Under the pieces are notes generated by a model. That model saw only the letters and a program-made list of their open reading frames with translations, was not told the origin of the DNA and did no database searches. Below are positions 17,421-26,093 of a stretch of 64,000 nucleotides of DNA, in pieces. Positions within the stretch are counted from its first letter, which is position 1. Each line of letters opens with the position of its first letter. The position numbers were made by a program, and so were the translations under genes. Source of the stretch: Escherichia coli (GTDB taxonomy: Bacteria; Pseudomonadota; Gammaproteobacteria; Enterobacterales; Enterobacteriaceae). The DNA lies in NCBI GenBank assembly GCA_009729775.1, contig GCA_009729775.1_4081.1, one strand, 5' to 3'.

Positions 17421-17618
17421 TTATTTTAATTTTTTTCTGTCATTGATTAATGCTTTCAGTACTATACTAATAACTTGCAATGATTCATCAATGACTATAA
17501 AATTATTTTCTTTCATTAGATGATAGTTACCATTGATTGTATATTCTAATGAGTACTGTTTACGTTTAATTTTTGATAATGTATCAATTTGTTTTTGTAC
17601 TGATTTCATGCTAATCAT
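17421..17618 (-). CDS. hypothetical protein (65 aa)
   Basis: ORF track only; weak RBS. Confidence 0.35.
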   Translation of the reverse strand: MISMKSVQKQIDTLSKIKRKQYSLEYTINGNYHLMKENNFIVIDESLQVISIVLKALINDRKKLK

Positions 17619-17723
17619 TGTTAAACGTCCTGTAATGCATTCTAACGAGATAAACGGTTTAGTACTGGCATTGTATAGGGTAAATGATTAAAGCCCACCA
17701 GCGTTAACCAGTGGGCTATAATC

Positions 17724-17867
17724 TTACATCTTGCGGATAATCTTAACAGTATCTTTCACCGATTTACCGTCTTGCTGACATTGTTCGATCATCGCGTATT
17801 GTTCTGCGGTCAGATCCTCGCCAGTTTTTGCCAGTACTGCGTCGATGAATGAATCCAGTGCGATCAT
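17724..17867 (-). CDS. small protein (47 aa), not in ORF track
   Basis: Hand translation MIALDSFIDAVLAKTGEDLTAEQYAMIEQCQQDGKSVKDTVKIIRKM; AGAGAG RBS. Confidence 0.45.
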   Translation of the reverse strand: MIALDSFIDAVLAKTGEDLTAEQYAMIEQCQQDGKSVKDTVKIIRKM

Positions 17868-17966
17868 TTTATTTCTCTCTTAGGTTAAGTTAACTACTGT
17901 TGATAAAAGTTATTATACAGTACTATCAAACATTGTCAATAGATTTAATAGTACTGGTAATATATT

Positions 17967-18146
17967 TTAGCGGTAATCGTCGTATGCTTTATTAACCTGG
18001 CGAATGTAACTTTCAAAGGCTTCGTCTACCGTTTCATACTCCCGAACATAATCACCATAGGAAACTACATACATCCCTTTTTGATCTTCAAACGTCATGA
18101 TGATAGAATCCAGTCCGATGATTTCAGTTTTTGCGATAATAGCCAT
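17967..18146 (-). CDS. hypothetical early protein (59 aa)
   Basis: Start adjusted to MAIIAKTEII... Confidence 0.55.
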   Translation of the reverse strand: MAIIAKTEIIGLDSIIMTFEDQKGMYVVSYGDYVREYETVDEAFESYIRQVNKAYDDYR

Positions 18147-18237
18147 TTTAGTATTCCTTAAATTAATATGCGTTGTCTTGATAAAAGTTATTATGCCAGT
18201 ACTATCAAACGTTGTCAATAGTACTGTGATAATATTT

Positions 18238-18450
18238 TTAGTTAATGATAGTCAGTGTAAAATTGTAATCCCCTGCCTGGTATAGTACTTTATCGCCGAA
18301 CGTGCCAACACGTTTCATATTGCAATAGATACCCATAACATTTTTTACATCTTTGATATTCCGAACGCCAGTGATATCCTTGTTGAAATTTTCATGATCA
18401 GAAAATAAAACTTGTTTTGCATTTTTCAGTACAGTGCAGATATTAGCCAT
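18238..18450 (-). CDS. hypothetical early protein (70 aa)
   Basis: AGAGAG RBS; ORF track. Confidence 0.6.
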   Translation of the reverse strand: MANICTVLKNAKQVLFSDHENFNKDITGVRNIKDVKNVMGIYCNMKRVGTFGDKVLYQAGDYNFTLTIIN

Positions 18451-18550
18451 TTCGATTTCTCTCTGTTAGTAGGGAAGTACTGTTACTTCCCGTGCCTTGA
18501 TGTAAACTATTATACAGTACTATAATCTATTGTCAAACTATTTTTTAATA

Positions 18551-18892
18551 TTATTCAAAATCTTCTGGACCGGACTGATAATCATCCTCACCGTATGCAC
18601 TTTCTAACTTCTCGCCAGTGTAATCATCAGTTAGTGAGTCATCCTCATAGTTCACGTCTACGCCCGTGATGTAAAACTGGCTATCGTCTGGATCATTGAA
18701 ATTAATTTTCTGAATGTTTACAATAACTGTATTGATACCCAGGACACAGCCATCAGCCGTTACAAAGTACTGATATTTTTCACATCCACCACTATTGAAA
18801 CCGTAATTGATTTCGGCCCGACCATCATTTAAACGCAGTGCCTGAGCGATGATTTCGTTTTCAAAGTTAGATTGAGCAATTGCAATAGTCAT
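18551..18892 (-). CDS. hypothetical acidic protein (113 aa)
   Basis: AAGGAAA RBS; acidic C-terminus. Confidence 0.6.
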   Translation of the reverse strand: MTIAIAQSNFENEIIAQALRLNDGRAEINYGFNSGGCEKYQYFVTADGCVLGINTVIVNIQKINFNDPDDSQFYITGVDVNYEDDSLTDDYTGEKLESAYGEDDYQSGPEDFE

Positions 18893-19025
18893 GATTCGTT
18901 TCCTTATTACCAGGGGAAACCGTTTCCCCTTGCGATGTAAAACATTATACGCCTATTGATATAGTTTGCAAGTACTTTTTATCAAATACTTTAAAATAGT
19001 TTTCAGTACTCAATCATTATACAAT

Positions 19026-19053
19026 AGATACACTTATGCACCCTGTGGGCTAG
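19026..19053 (+). repeat. conserved 28-bp intergenic motif (copy 5)
   Basis: AGATACACTTATGCACCCTGTGGGCTAG. Confidence 0.7.
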
Positions 19054-19087
19054 TGAGCTATCTCTCAATGAATACATAATAGCAAAA

Positions 19088-19115
19088 TGGCTGACCGAAG
19101 TCAACCACTTTTTTT
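19088..19115. terminator. stem-loop cassette GGCTGACCGAAGTCAACC plus T-run
   Basis: Variant of the cassette that recurs at 45-60 kb. Confidence 0.55.
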
Positions 19116-19252
19116 CATTTATTTTTAGCTTTTAGAATCGCCGCCTTTCGCGTCATGCCTTGCTTGATGTACTCCTTTACTTTCGCTTTACGTGCTTTCG
19201 CTTTATCTGCTTTCGTTTTAGGAGTACTGTAAATTAAACCGTTAGGATTCAT
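19115..19252 (-). CDS. small Lys/Ala-rich protein (45 aa), not in ORF track
   Basis: Hand translation MNPNGLIYSTPKTKADKAKARKAKVKEYIKQGMTRKAAILKAKNK. Confidence 0.4.
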   Translation of the reverse strand: MNPNGLIYSTPKTKADKAKARKAKVKEYIKQGMTRKAAILKAKNK

Positions 19253-19342
19253 TTAAATCACCATAAAGAATAGATAGGTTACTAACAATGCCGCCAGTAC
19301 TGCACCGACCAGGGCCGAACTATAGTAAGCTAATGATTTCAT
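19253..19342 (-). CDS. small hydrophobic peptide (29 aa), not in ORF track
   Basis: MKSLAYYSSALVGAVLAALLVTYLFFMVI; start overlaps stop of 19339-19491 (ATGA). Confidence 0.3.
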   Translation of the reverse strand: MKSLAYYSSALVGAVLAALLVTYLFFMVI

Positions 19343-19491
19343 TTTTTAGCCTGAAAGTAATGTTTAATTTGTGCGGCGGTCAGTGCACAATTACGCAGGA
19401 AGTTTTCTGTATAACTTTTACGAGTACTGAAAGAGTACTGACCTTTCCCGTTACCGATAGTAACATCAAACCGAGCGTTATATTGTTTCAT
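19339..19491 (-). CDS. hypothetical early protein (50 aa)
   Basis: Start adjusted to MKQYNARFDV... Confidence 0.5.
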   Translation of the reverse strand: MKQYNARFDVTIGNGKGQYSFSTRKSYTENFLRNCALTAAQIKHYFQAKK

Positions 19492-19559
19492 TTTGTTTCT
19501 CCTAGTATCGGGGAGAACCATTCCCCCCCTCTATGTAAACAATTATACAGTACTGAAAA

Positions 19560-19880
19560 CTAATTGCAAGTACTTTCTAAGTAATGTTTATAAGCTGAAT
19601 CAACCACTCTTTCGATAACATACGCTAACGGCACGTATCCAACTACATGACTACAATAAAAAGGACTACGATTAGAATCATCGTATGCAAATACTTTTTC
19701 AGGATCTGCATCAATCACATACATATTAACCTTTAAGATGTCTATCTTATCCTGTACAGTAAGCATATTACGCCGCCTTATCAGTACTGGCAACCGGACG
19801 GATACGGGCCATTTCATGGGCTTGTTCCACACTGTAACGCTCATAAAGGCGGCATTCTTCCGGTGTAGGAACAGCATCAA
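19560..19880 (-). CDS. hypothetical protein (up to 106 aa; start uncertain)
   Basis: Track ORF begins at a TTG; internal ATG at 19766 has a GGCGG-type RBS. Confidence 0.45.
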   Translation of the reverse strand: MMLFLHRKNAAFMSVTVWNKPMKWPVSVRLPVLIRRRNMLTVQDKIDILKVNMYVIDADPEKVFAYDDSNRSPFYCSHVVGYVPLAYVIERVVDSAYKHYLESTCN

Positions 19881-19989
19881 TACGTTTCATTGGTTTAATG
19901 ATGCTTTCAACTTCATTCAGTACTTGATTAACGTTCATGGTATAATCCCCAATATAAGCGGCCTAAATCGACCGCTAACGATGTTTTGA

Positions 19990-20259
19990 TTAATAGGTGT
20001 ATGGTTGACGCTCAAACAATGATTGCACGTTGTACGCCCCGCTAATGGGCTTTGCTGGCAAATCAATTTTATATTGTTCACGCTTAAAAATAATAAAACG
20101 GCAATTGTTTTTAACATCAAAATTGATTGAACGTTCCAATAGCTTTCCTTCGTGTACAAATACAAGATAACCGCTTGCTACTTGTTTTGTAGTACTGGTT
20201 GCAACCATTGACCGACGAACATGAGTACCTGCATCGATTAAAGTACTGATATTTTTCAT
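19990..20259 (-). CDS. hypothetical protein (89 aa)
   Basis: AGAGGA RBS; ORF track. Confidence 0.6.
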   Translation of the reverse strand: MKNISTLIDAGTHVRRSMVATSTTKQVASGYLVFVHEGKLLERSINFDVKNNCRFIIFKREQYKIDLPAKPISGAYNVQSLFERQPYTY

Positions 20260-20339
20260 TTTACTATCCTCTTAATTTGATTTAATTTCTTTCCCCTATG
20301 CAGACACTATATCAAAGTATCTGCATAAAGTAAAGCTAA

Positions 20340-20684
20340 TTAAAGATCTTTTTTGCGTTTAACATCAGTTACCGAACTGTAAACAGTGATATTATTGTCA
20401 CGGCAAAAACGGGAAAGATAAGAACCGCGTAAAAACTCTTTATCTTCCATATTAATAACCTTGCTAAATTCTTCCATTGCTACAGTGTCAAAGTGATCCC
20501 CGTATCCATATTGGAACGGCACGTTTACTACTTCAATAAAATTACCATCAATTTCTACGTCTACACTTAAAGAGAAATAAGTGTTACCATATGAAGCCTG
20601 GAACCAACGCCGAGCGGCAATATGTACAACTTCAACAGAAGACAGGTTGATATTTTGTGCTGAGATAGTGTTGATGTTAGCCAT
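20340..20684 (-). CDS. hypothetical protein (114 aa), paralog of 13716-14039
   Basis: GNTY, YGYG, VKRKKD motifs. Confidence 0.65.
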   Translation of the reverse strand: MANINTISAQNINLSSVEVVHIAARRWFQASYGNTYFSLSVDVEIDGNFIEVVNVPFQYGYGDHFDTVAMEEFSKVINMEDKEFLRGSYLSRFCRDNNITVYSSVTDVKRKKDL

Positions 20685-20770
20685 TTTAATTTCCTCTTAG
20701 TTGTCTTGATAAAATCTATTATGCCAGTACTATCAAACTATGTCAATAGTACTGTGATAATAATTTTACT
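20685..20770 (-). promoter_or_regulatory. 85-bp promoter/RBS cassette, duplicated at 20980-21065
   Basis: Near-identical sequence including TTGACA-type promoter, RBS AGAGGAAA and ATG. Confidence 0.6.
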
Positions 20771-20978
20771 TACTTTGCTTTGATGCTTTATGTTGTGCAA
20801 CTGCCATCACTACATCAGCACGAACAAAGTTAGCAACCGTATCAGTATAATATTTGATTGCATCGTCAATATCTGCGAACATCCGATACATTCCGCACCA
20901 TGATACTTTATAACCCGCTTTCACTTGTTCCAGTTTAACCAGTGAATTGTTTACTTTGATTTTTGTAATGATAGCCAT
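20766..20978 (-). CDS. hypothetical protein (70 aa)
   Basis: AGAGGAAA RBS. Confidence 0.6.
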   Translation of the reverse strand: MAIITKIKVNNSLVKLEQVKAGYKVSWCGMYRMFADIDDAIKYYTDTVANFVRADVVMAVAQHKASKQSK

Positions 20979-20979
20979 T

Positions 20980-21065
20980 TTTGTTTCCTCTTAGTTGTCT
21001 TGATAAAATCTATTATGCCAGTACTATCAATCTATGTCAATAGTACTGTGATAATAATTTTACTT
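20980..21065 (-). promoter_or_regulatory. 85-bp promoter/RBS cassette, second copy
   Basis: Direct repeat of 20685-20770. Confidence 0.6.
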
Positions 21066-21203
21066 ACTTTTTGCTTTCTTTATTGCTTCCACCTGGTCGG
21101 CCCACTCTTTACCCCATACTTGAGCGTTATAGTGATACTGACAAAGAGCAACGCCCCGTTTCAAACCAGTGATAGATTTTTTACCACATTGACAAGTTTT
21201 CAT
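21060..21203 (-). CDS. small Cys-rich protein (47 aa), not in ORF track
   Basis: Hand translation MKTCQCGKKSITGLKRGVALCQYHYNAQVWGKEWADQVEAIKKAKSK; AAGAGGAAA RBS; possible Zn-binding C-x-C...C-x-Y-H. Confidence 0.45.
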   Translation of the reverse strand: MKTCQCGKKSITGLKRGVALCQYHYNAQVWGKEWADQVEAIKKAKSK

Positions 21204-21288
21204 TTTTAGTTTCCTCTTAGTGGGGAGAATCATTTCTCCCCTTGATGTAATGTATTATACTTTATCCGATTTACTTTGCAAGTACTTT

Positions 21289-21516
21289 TTAGTTTAATTC
21301 ATCCAGGCATAAGATACGATCTACGCCGAGATCCGTTAAGCTAATGGTTGGCACTTGATAGGTTTCAATGTATTCTACACTAGCCCACTGACCGAACTCA
21401 TTCACCGCCCAGGTATTCATTGCAAAATGTAATTCCGCACCTTTCTTATTAGTAATTACAGCAACAGTAGAAGAATTGCCAGTAGTACCAGATACGCGAG
21501 TGATTACGATAGCCAT
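21289..21516 (-). CDS. hypothetical protein (75 aa)
   Basis: AGGAA RBS; ORF track. Confidence 0.6.
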   Translation of the reverse strand: MAIVITRVSGTTGNSSTVAVITNKKGAELHFAMNTWAVNEFGQWASVEYIETYQVPTISLTDLGVDRILCLDELN

Positions 21517-21586
21517 TGTTTTGATTCCTATTCAGTAGTTGATGTATGTATTATGTCAGTACTTAAAACTATTGTCAAACTATTTT

Positions 21587-21739
21587 TTAAAGACTATCTA
21601 CGATAGCTGCCGTTTCAATAATAGACTTACCTTTTTTTGAACATGCAATAACTGCTTTAAATTCCTTTGATGACCATTCTTTTTTACTGCATACTAACAT
21701 TACTTGCATAGTGAAACAATCCAGTTCATAAGTATTCAT
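21587..21739 (-). CDS. small protein (50 aa), not in ORF track
   Basis: Hand translation MNTYELDCFTMQVMLVCSKKEWSSKEFKAVIACSKKGKSIIETAAIVDSL; GAGGA RBS. Confidence 0.4.
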   Translation of the reverse strand: MNTYELDCFTMQVMLVCSKKEWSSKEFKAVIACSKKGKSIIETAAIVDSL

Positions 21740-21960
21740 CTTTAAATCCTCAGTTAGTTAAGGTGTCTTGCCTTGATGTAACTAATTATACGCCTTTCTC
21801 TTAATCGTGCAAGTACTTTTTATTACTTTTTGCAAAATACTTTAAACGCTCTCAATCGCATTCTAACGGCCTTAACTCCACCAGCTAGGGCGATGCATCA
21901 GATAATCAGTTTAATGCGTTAGAATCGATTCTATGAGGTGCTGACGGTCTGGAATGCAAT

Positions 21961-21993
21961 AAAAACAAAAAAGCCCACTGCTTATAGTGGGCT
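21961..21993 (-). terminator. rho-independent terminator
   Basis: AGCCCACT-loop-AGTGGGCT hairpin with long U-run on the minus strand, after the stop of 22015-22497. Confidence 0.7.
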
Positions 21994-22014
21994 AGTGATT
22001 CAGTACTTTAAATG

Positions 22015-22497
22015 TTATGCTTCAATTTTGCGGTGAGATTCGATCCATTCCTCGCGAGTCATACCGCTTTCTTTGATAGCATCCAGTACTACCGCAATGC
22101 AGTTACCGCGTACAGGAATCAAATGTTCTTCCCCGTTATCAAGGACAACCGTAACACGTTCTTGAATCCATTTTTTAGGCTTAGATTCCGGCTTATCTTC
22201 ACCGTACTTAACCGCCAGGGCTTTATGTGCCATTTCAATAACCACTTCCAGATCTAAACCAGACACCGCCGCCTGAATACTTTCTATTGTTGCTTGCAGT
22301 TCTGCTTCACGGGCTTTTTTCTGTTCTTCCAGTTCTGCTACCTTTTTGGCTTGTAGTTCTTTCGCTTCACTGTAAGCAATGTTAAAATTGTTGCGTACTG
22401 CTTTCATGGTATCATTATCCAGGTCAGCCAGCAATTCAGCAGCAATCACAGTATCGTTAGAAATCAGTGCTTTCAGAAATGATTTTACATTAGCCAT
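22015..22497 (-). CDS. putative H-NS-like nucleoid-associated protein (160 aa)
   Basis: Start adjusted to MANVKSF... (GAGGA RBS); N-terminal coiled-coil-like region, C-terminus LDNGEEHLIPVRGNCIAVVLDAIKESGMTREEW parallels the H-NS DNA-binding core [34 protein letters not shown]. Confidence 0.4.
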   Translation of the reverse strand: MANVKSFLKALISNDTVIAAELLADLDNDTMKAVRNNFNIAYSEAKELQAKKVAELEEQKKAREAELQATIESIQAAVSGLDLEVVIEMAHKALAVKYGEDKPESKPKKWIQERVTVVLDNGEEHLIPVRGNCIAVVLDAIKESGMTREEWIESHRKIEA

Positions 22498-22684
22498 TTT
22501 ATAAATCCTCAATTAAAGTTTAAGTTAGTTTATCAAAGTTTGTTTGACGTGTCCAGTTTTTCATTCGACTTACTGGCGGTCTACTTAATGTTCCCCGTCT
22601 TGATGTAATACATTCTACGCTTTTCCCTGGTAATGTCAACTACTTTTTTAAAACTATTTTCAAAGTATACCAGTACTACGATAA

Positions 22685-22720
22685 TACAAAAACAAAAAAG
22701 CCCACTGTTTAAGGTGGGCT
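22685..22720 (-). terminator. rho-independent terminator
   Basis: AGCCCAC-loop-GTGGGCT hairpin plus U-run on minus strand after 22738-23037. Confidence 0.7.
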
Positions 22721-22737
22721 AGTGATTCAGTACTAGA

Positions 22738-23037
22738 TTATAAACAGTTAATTACTCCGGTGTGCGTTACTTTCTCAGTATCCATCACAGTGACCGAACC
22801 GCGTTTAGTACTGGCATCATAATAAATTGTTGTGCTACCGTTTTTGTCTTCTTCATGGAACGGGCCGTTTTTAAATGCTTCCGGCTGGATCTCTAAATCC
22901 TTTAATACAATCTCGCCAGTTCTTTCATCGGTCATTGCAACAGTGCACTGAATGAATTTTTCACTACTTACATCTAATGACGCATTAACAGCGAAAGAGG
23001 AAACAGATAAAGCCAGGGCGATGATTGCAATTTTCAT
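22738..23037 (-). CDS. secreted small protein with signal peptide (99 aa)
   Basis: N-terminus MKIAIIALALSVSSFAVNAS; AAGGATA RBS. Confidence 0.6.
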   Translation of the reverse strand: MKIAIIALALSVSSFAVNASLDVSSEKFIQCTVAMTDERTGEIVLKDLEIQPEAFKNGPFHEEDKNGSTTIYYDASTKRGSVTVMDTEKVTHTGVINCL

Positions 23038-23121
23038 TTGATTATCCTTAGTTACCAGGGGGAACCGCTCCCCCTTGCTATGTAAAATATTATACAGTAC
23101 TAAAAACTAATTGCAAGTACT

Positions 23122-23358
23122 TTATGATTTTTTATAAAACATTTCGGCAGTGATATTTTTACCCGTTGGCTGTACTTTATCCAGAATTTTTTGATGCCCT
23201 GGCCGTCCAAATGAATATGATCCGTAAACCGTAAACCAGTAGTTACCCTCAGTGTTTACATGTACAGCACAATAGGGAACGCCCCGCGATTCATCACTAG
23301 TAAAGTGTGCTACCGTTCCCGTTACATTCGAAGTCGTTGATTTGATTTGTTCAAGCAT
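23122..23358 (-). CDS. hypothetical protein (78 aa)
   Basis: AAGGAATA RBS; ORF track. Confidence 0.6.
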   Translation of the reverse strand: MLEQIKSTTSNVTGTVAHFTSDESRGVPYCAVHVNTEGNYWFTVYGSYSFGRPGHQKILDKVQPTGKNITAEMFYKKS

Positions 23359-23466
23359 TTTCTTATTCCTTAGTTACCAGGGGAACCGCTCCCCTATGCA
23401 AAACATTATACGCGTTTAAAAACTATTGTCTAGTATTTTAATAAAAAGTATTTGAAAAATAGTTGT

Positions 23467-23495
23467 TGACAAGTGCATCCAGTACTGGCATAATA
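23467..23495 (+). promoter_or_regulatory. plus-strand sigma70-type promoter driving a short non-coding transcript
   Basis: TTGACA-N17-CATAAT on the plus strand; no plus-strand ORF follows. Confidence 0.45.
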
Positions 23496-23519
23496 CTTAC
23501 ATAAAGACGAGATAGTCAC

Positions 23520-23548
23520 TAACCCACAGGGTGCATAGATCCGTCTAT
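23520..23548 (-). repeat. conserved 28-bp intergenic motif (copy 6, inverted orientation)
   Basis: Plus strand reads CTAACCCACAGGGTGCATAGATCCGTCTA, reverse complement of the core. Confidence 0.65.
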
Positions 23549-23565
23549 TAAATGATTCAGTACTG

Positions 23566-23593
23566 CAAAATAAAGGGGATCAATTGATCCCCT
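23566..23593 (-). terminator. rho-independent terminator
   Basis: Perfect palindrome GGGGATCAATTGATCCCC followed by U-run on minus strand after 23599-23820. Confidence 0.7.
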
Positions 23594-23598
23594 CTGTA

Positions 23599-23820
23599 TT
23601 ACTTAGTAAGGTATAAACAGAAGTCACCTTTATTTGCTACGCCGCCAGTGTAACGCGATGAATAGTTAGAAACGTCCTGGACTTCTGCTATTACCAGTGT
23701 ATCATCATTCAATTCGTCGCAGAAGCAAACGGCTGGATCTTTTACGCCGATATTGTCGGCATGTTCCCGCATAGATTTAACCAGTGCTTCAAGTTGGGAA
23801 AGAGTAGTGATATTAGCCAT
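23599..23820 (-). CDS. hypothetical protein (73 aa)
   Basis: Start adjusted to MANITTLSQ...; GAGGAAAA RBS. Confidence 0.6.
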   Translation of the reverse strand: MANITTLSQLEALVKSMREHADNIGVKDPAVCFCDELNDDTLVIAEVQDVSNYSSRYTGGVANKGDFCLYLTK

Positions 23821-23907
23821 TTTATTTTCCTCATTACCAGGGAGAACCATTTTCTCCCCTCTATGTAAACCATTATACAGTACTAAAAACTAATTGCAAG
23901 TACTTTT

Positions 23908-24111
23908 TTAATTTAATTGCTTTAAAACATACTCAAAGACACCACGCACATCATTGATCATCGCCTGGCGGTTAGCAGGTAACGCATCAGGATCGCCACT
24001 ATCCCAGGCATTGATAAAACTCCCCAAATCATGATAGATTTTATTCTGTAAGCCGATCAACTGCAATTCTTTTTCTTCAAGCTCTTTGATACGTTCAATT
24101 AAATCACTCAT
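23908..24111 (-). CDS. hypothetical protein (67 aa)
   Basis: Start adjusted to MSDLIERIKELEEK...; AAGGA RBS. Confidence 0.55.
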   Translation of the reverse strand: MSDLIERIKELEEKELQLIGLQNKIYHDLGSFINAWDSGDPDALPANRQAMINDVRGVFEYVLKQLN

Positions 24112-24128
24112 TATATAATCCTTAGTAC

Positions 24129-24410
24129 TTAATTGTAAGATCCGCAACGGTCGCAGTAGTGCCCCTCGTCATCGTCAACGAATTGACCAACGAAATTATC
24201 TACTTTCGCTTTCAGGTTATTATAATCGTTTTCTACTTCCTTTAAACGCTTCTGGTAGTATTCCAGTGCTTTAAGATATGCCGCATCAGTAGTTTTCTCC
24301 TGCATAGCTAAATTCATGCCACGCGTTTCATCATAAAGCCAATAACCATCAGTACATTGGCTAATAGACAATGACTTGCTTAACACTGTATAGTTAATTA
24401 CTTTGCTCAT
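24129..24410 (-). CDS. hypothetical protein (93 aa)
   Basis: Start adjusted to MSKVINYTVL... Confidence 0.55.
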   Translation of the reverse strand: MSKVINYTVLSKSLSISQCTDGYWLYDETRGMNLAMQEKTTDAAYLKALEYYQKRLKEVENDYNNLKAKVDNFVGQFVDDDEGHYCDRCGSYN

Positions 24411-24500
24411 TAGATAACCCTCAGTAAAGGCGGGAACCACTCCCCGCCTCGATATAAAGTATTATACGCTTTTAAACTTAGTATGCAAGTACTTTTTAAA

Positions 24501-25112
24501 TTAATATGCGATAGATTCTACTACATCGTCGATAACGTTAAATTGATATTCGTTACCCTCAATCAGTCCTACAATGTTTTCAGTAGTAAACTGGTCTTCA
24601 TAAGCATTTTCTAAATCACGGTACAGCTTACAAGATAATTCTCGGATAGTATCAGTCAGTAAGTTTTCCAGATCCTCAGCTAATGCAGCCTGTTTTACAG
24701 TTAAATCAGTGTAGCGAGTATCAACGCAACCGCCTACCGTGTTTTCGTGAGCGTAGCGTGATTGGGAACGTTCTACACTCATTTCCAAATCATCTTCGTT
24801 CAACAGGTGACGGATGGAACGATATTTCGTTAACGCCTTAACCTTGCGTAAAAACTTCTCAGCGTCAACGTGGTCAGTACTGATTGATGCACCGTCACCT
24901 TGCGACCAAAAACCACTGTATTGCAATTCAGCTTCATCTATGCCGTATTCTGGCAGTACTGTTTCTTTATAGTATTCCAGTACTGATTCAGCAAAGAAAT
25001 TATCCTCACTTGCACGTTCCCGATCCCGAACCAGTTCGATAGCCGCCGCTTGTTGTTCTGCGTTCAGTTCAGAAAAATCCATAACGAAAGTAGTAGTAGT
25101 GATAGTTTTCAT
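24501..25112 (-). CDS. hypothetical acidic protein (203 aa)
   Basis: GAGGG RBS; ORF track. Confidence 0.65.
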   Translation of the reverse strand: MKTITTTTFVMDFSELNAEQQAAAIELVRDRERASEDNFFAESVLEYYKETVLPEYGIDEAELQYSGFWSQGDGASISTDHVDAEKFLRKVKALTKYRSIRHLLNEDDLEMSVERSQSRYAHENTVGGCVDTRYTDLTVKQAALAEDLENLLTDTIRELSCKLYRDLENAYEDQFTTENIVGLIEGNEYQFNVIDDVVESIAY

Positions 25113-25180
25113 TTTGTAACCCTCATTCAGTAGTTGATGTAAGTATTATACGCTTTTAAAAACAATTGTCAAACTATTTT

Positions 25181-25256
25181 ATCAGGGGAGTTTTTCGTGT
25201 GCCTTACTCCTGGGCTACTTAACGGGAAGTTACTTATTTCGTTCCCCGTCCTGATG
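25181..25256 (-). promoter_or_regulatory. two-hairpin leader element between tandem promoters (copy 2)
   Basis: Near-identical to 14596-14668. Confidence 0.5.
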
Positions 25257-25325
25257 TAAAACATTATACGCCTTTAAACATAGTTTGCAAGTACTTTTTG
25301 AAAATAGTTTTTATCTCTTTCATAT

Positions 25326-25353
25326 AGATACATTCCCGCACCCTATGGGCTAT
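25326..25353 (+). repeat. conserved 28-bp intergenic motif (copy 7)
   Basis: AGATACATTCCCGCACCCTATGGGCTAT. Confidence 0.65.
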
Positions 25354-25411
25354 CGCCTTGTGTCCGGCTTGTAAGTATTATCTCACTAAGCCGGATAACG
25401 GTCAAGTACTT

Positions 25412-25678
25412 TTATTCAAGTACTGCAATCTTTTTAGTACTGTATACAGTAACGCGGTTGCCCTTTCGGTCGTGCTTTATTTCTACCACTCGACGCGATA
25501 CACTATCAGGACTTTTTAAAACCGATCTCCAGTACTGAATTGATCGGGCTGTACTTTGCTTTACTACGGCCCAACGTTTACCACGTTCAGAATGTACGCC
25601 CATATCTTTAAACGTCGCCCCGTCCTGGCGTGCGGCAATCCGAGCAAGTTCACGCGTTGCAAAGTATATAATATTCAT
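25412..25678 (-). CDS. hypothetical protein (88 aa), paralog of 13221-13616
   Basis: Start adjusted to MNIIYFATRELARI...; shared IKHDRKGNRVTVYS block. Confidence 0.6.
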   Translation of the reverse strand: MNIIYFATRELARIAARQDGATFKDMGVHSERGKRWAVVKQSTARSIQYWRSVLKSPDSVSRRVVEIKHDRKGNRVTVYSTKKIAVLE

Positions 25679-25760
25679 GCTGTTACCCCTATCGTTGTTG
25701 TATAAAAGAAATCTATTATAAAGTACTATCACCGTGCAATAGTACTTTTAATCTATTCTC

Positions 25761-26000
25761 TTACATTCCAACCATCGCCGCACGGATCGCAGTAGTGCTA
25801 TACTTAAAGCCGTCCGGTGTTTTATCTTGTCCAGTCTGTTCTAAAAATAGCATCATATGACGGGCCGCATCATTACGATTAGTGTTAGCGGCAATAAAGT
25901 CCTGGGCCAACCGGTATAATGATTCGTCGTTATTAATCCAAAGGCTTACATTCCATTGAGTTTTGTTTTTGTGACCTAAGAACATTTTTGATTTAGCCAT
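25761..26000 (-). CDS. hypothetical protein (79 aa)
   Basis: Start adjusted to MAKSKMFLGHKN...; AGAGGA RBS. Confidence 0.55.
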   Translation of the reverse strand: MAKSKMFLGHKNKTQWNVSLWINNDESLYRLAQDFIAANTNRNDAARHMMLFLEQTGQDKTPDGFKYSTTAIRAAMVGM

Positions 26001-26093
26001 TTTTTTAATCCTCTTATATAGTGGGGAACTATTCCCCACCTGATGTAAAACATTATACGCTTTTAAACTTAGTTTGCAAGTACTTTATTAAAC

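Noticed and set aside
19768-19938. Apparent 56-aa minus-strand ORF starting at ATG 19936-19938
   Set aside because: Careful re-reading shows an in-frame TGA after eight codons; my first translation had dropped a base.
21840-21960. Imperfect long inverted repeat (CAATCGCATTCTAACG ... CGTTAGAATCGATTC) as a possible small RNA or tRNA-like element
   Set aside because: Arms are imperfect and no promoter or terminator context could be assigned; recorded only as a weak possibility.
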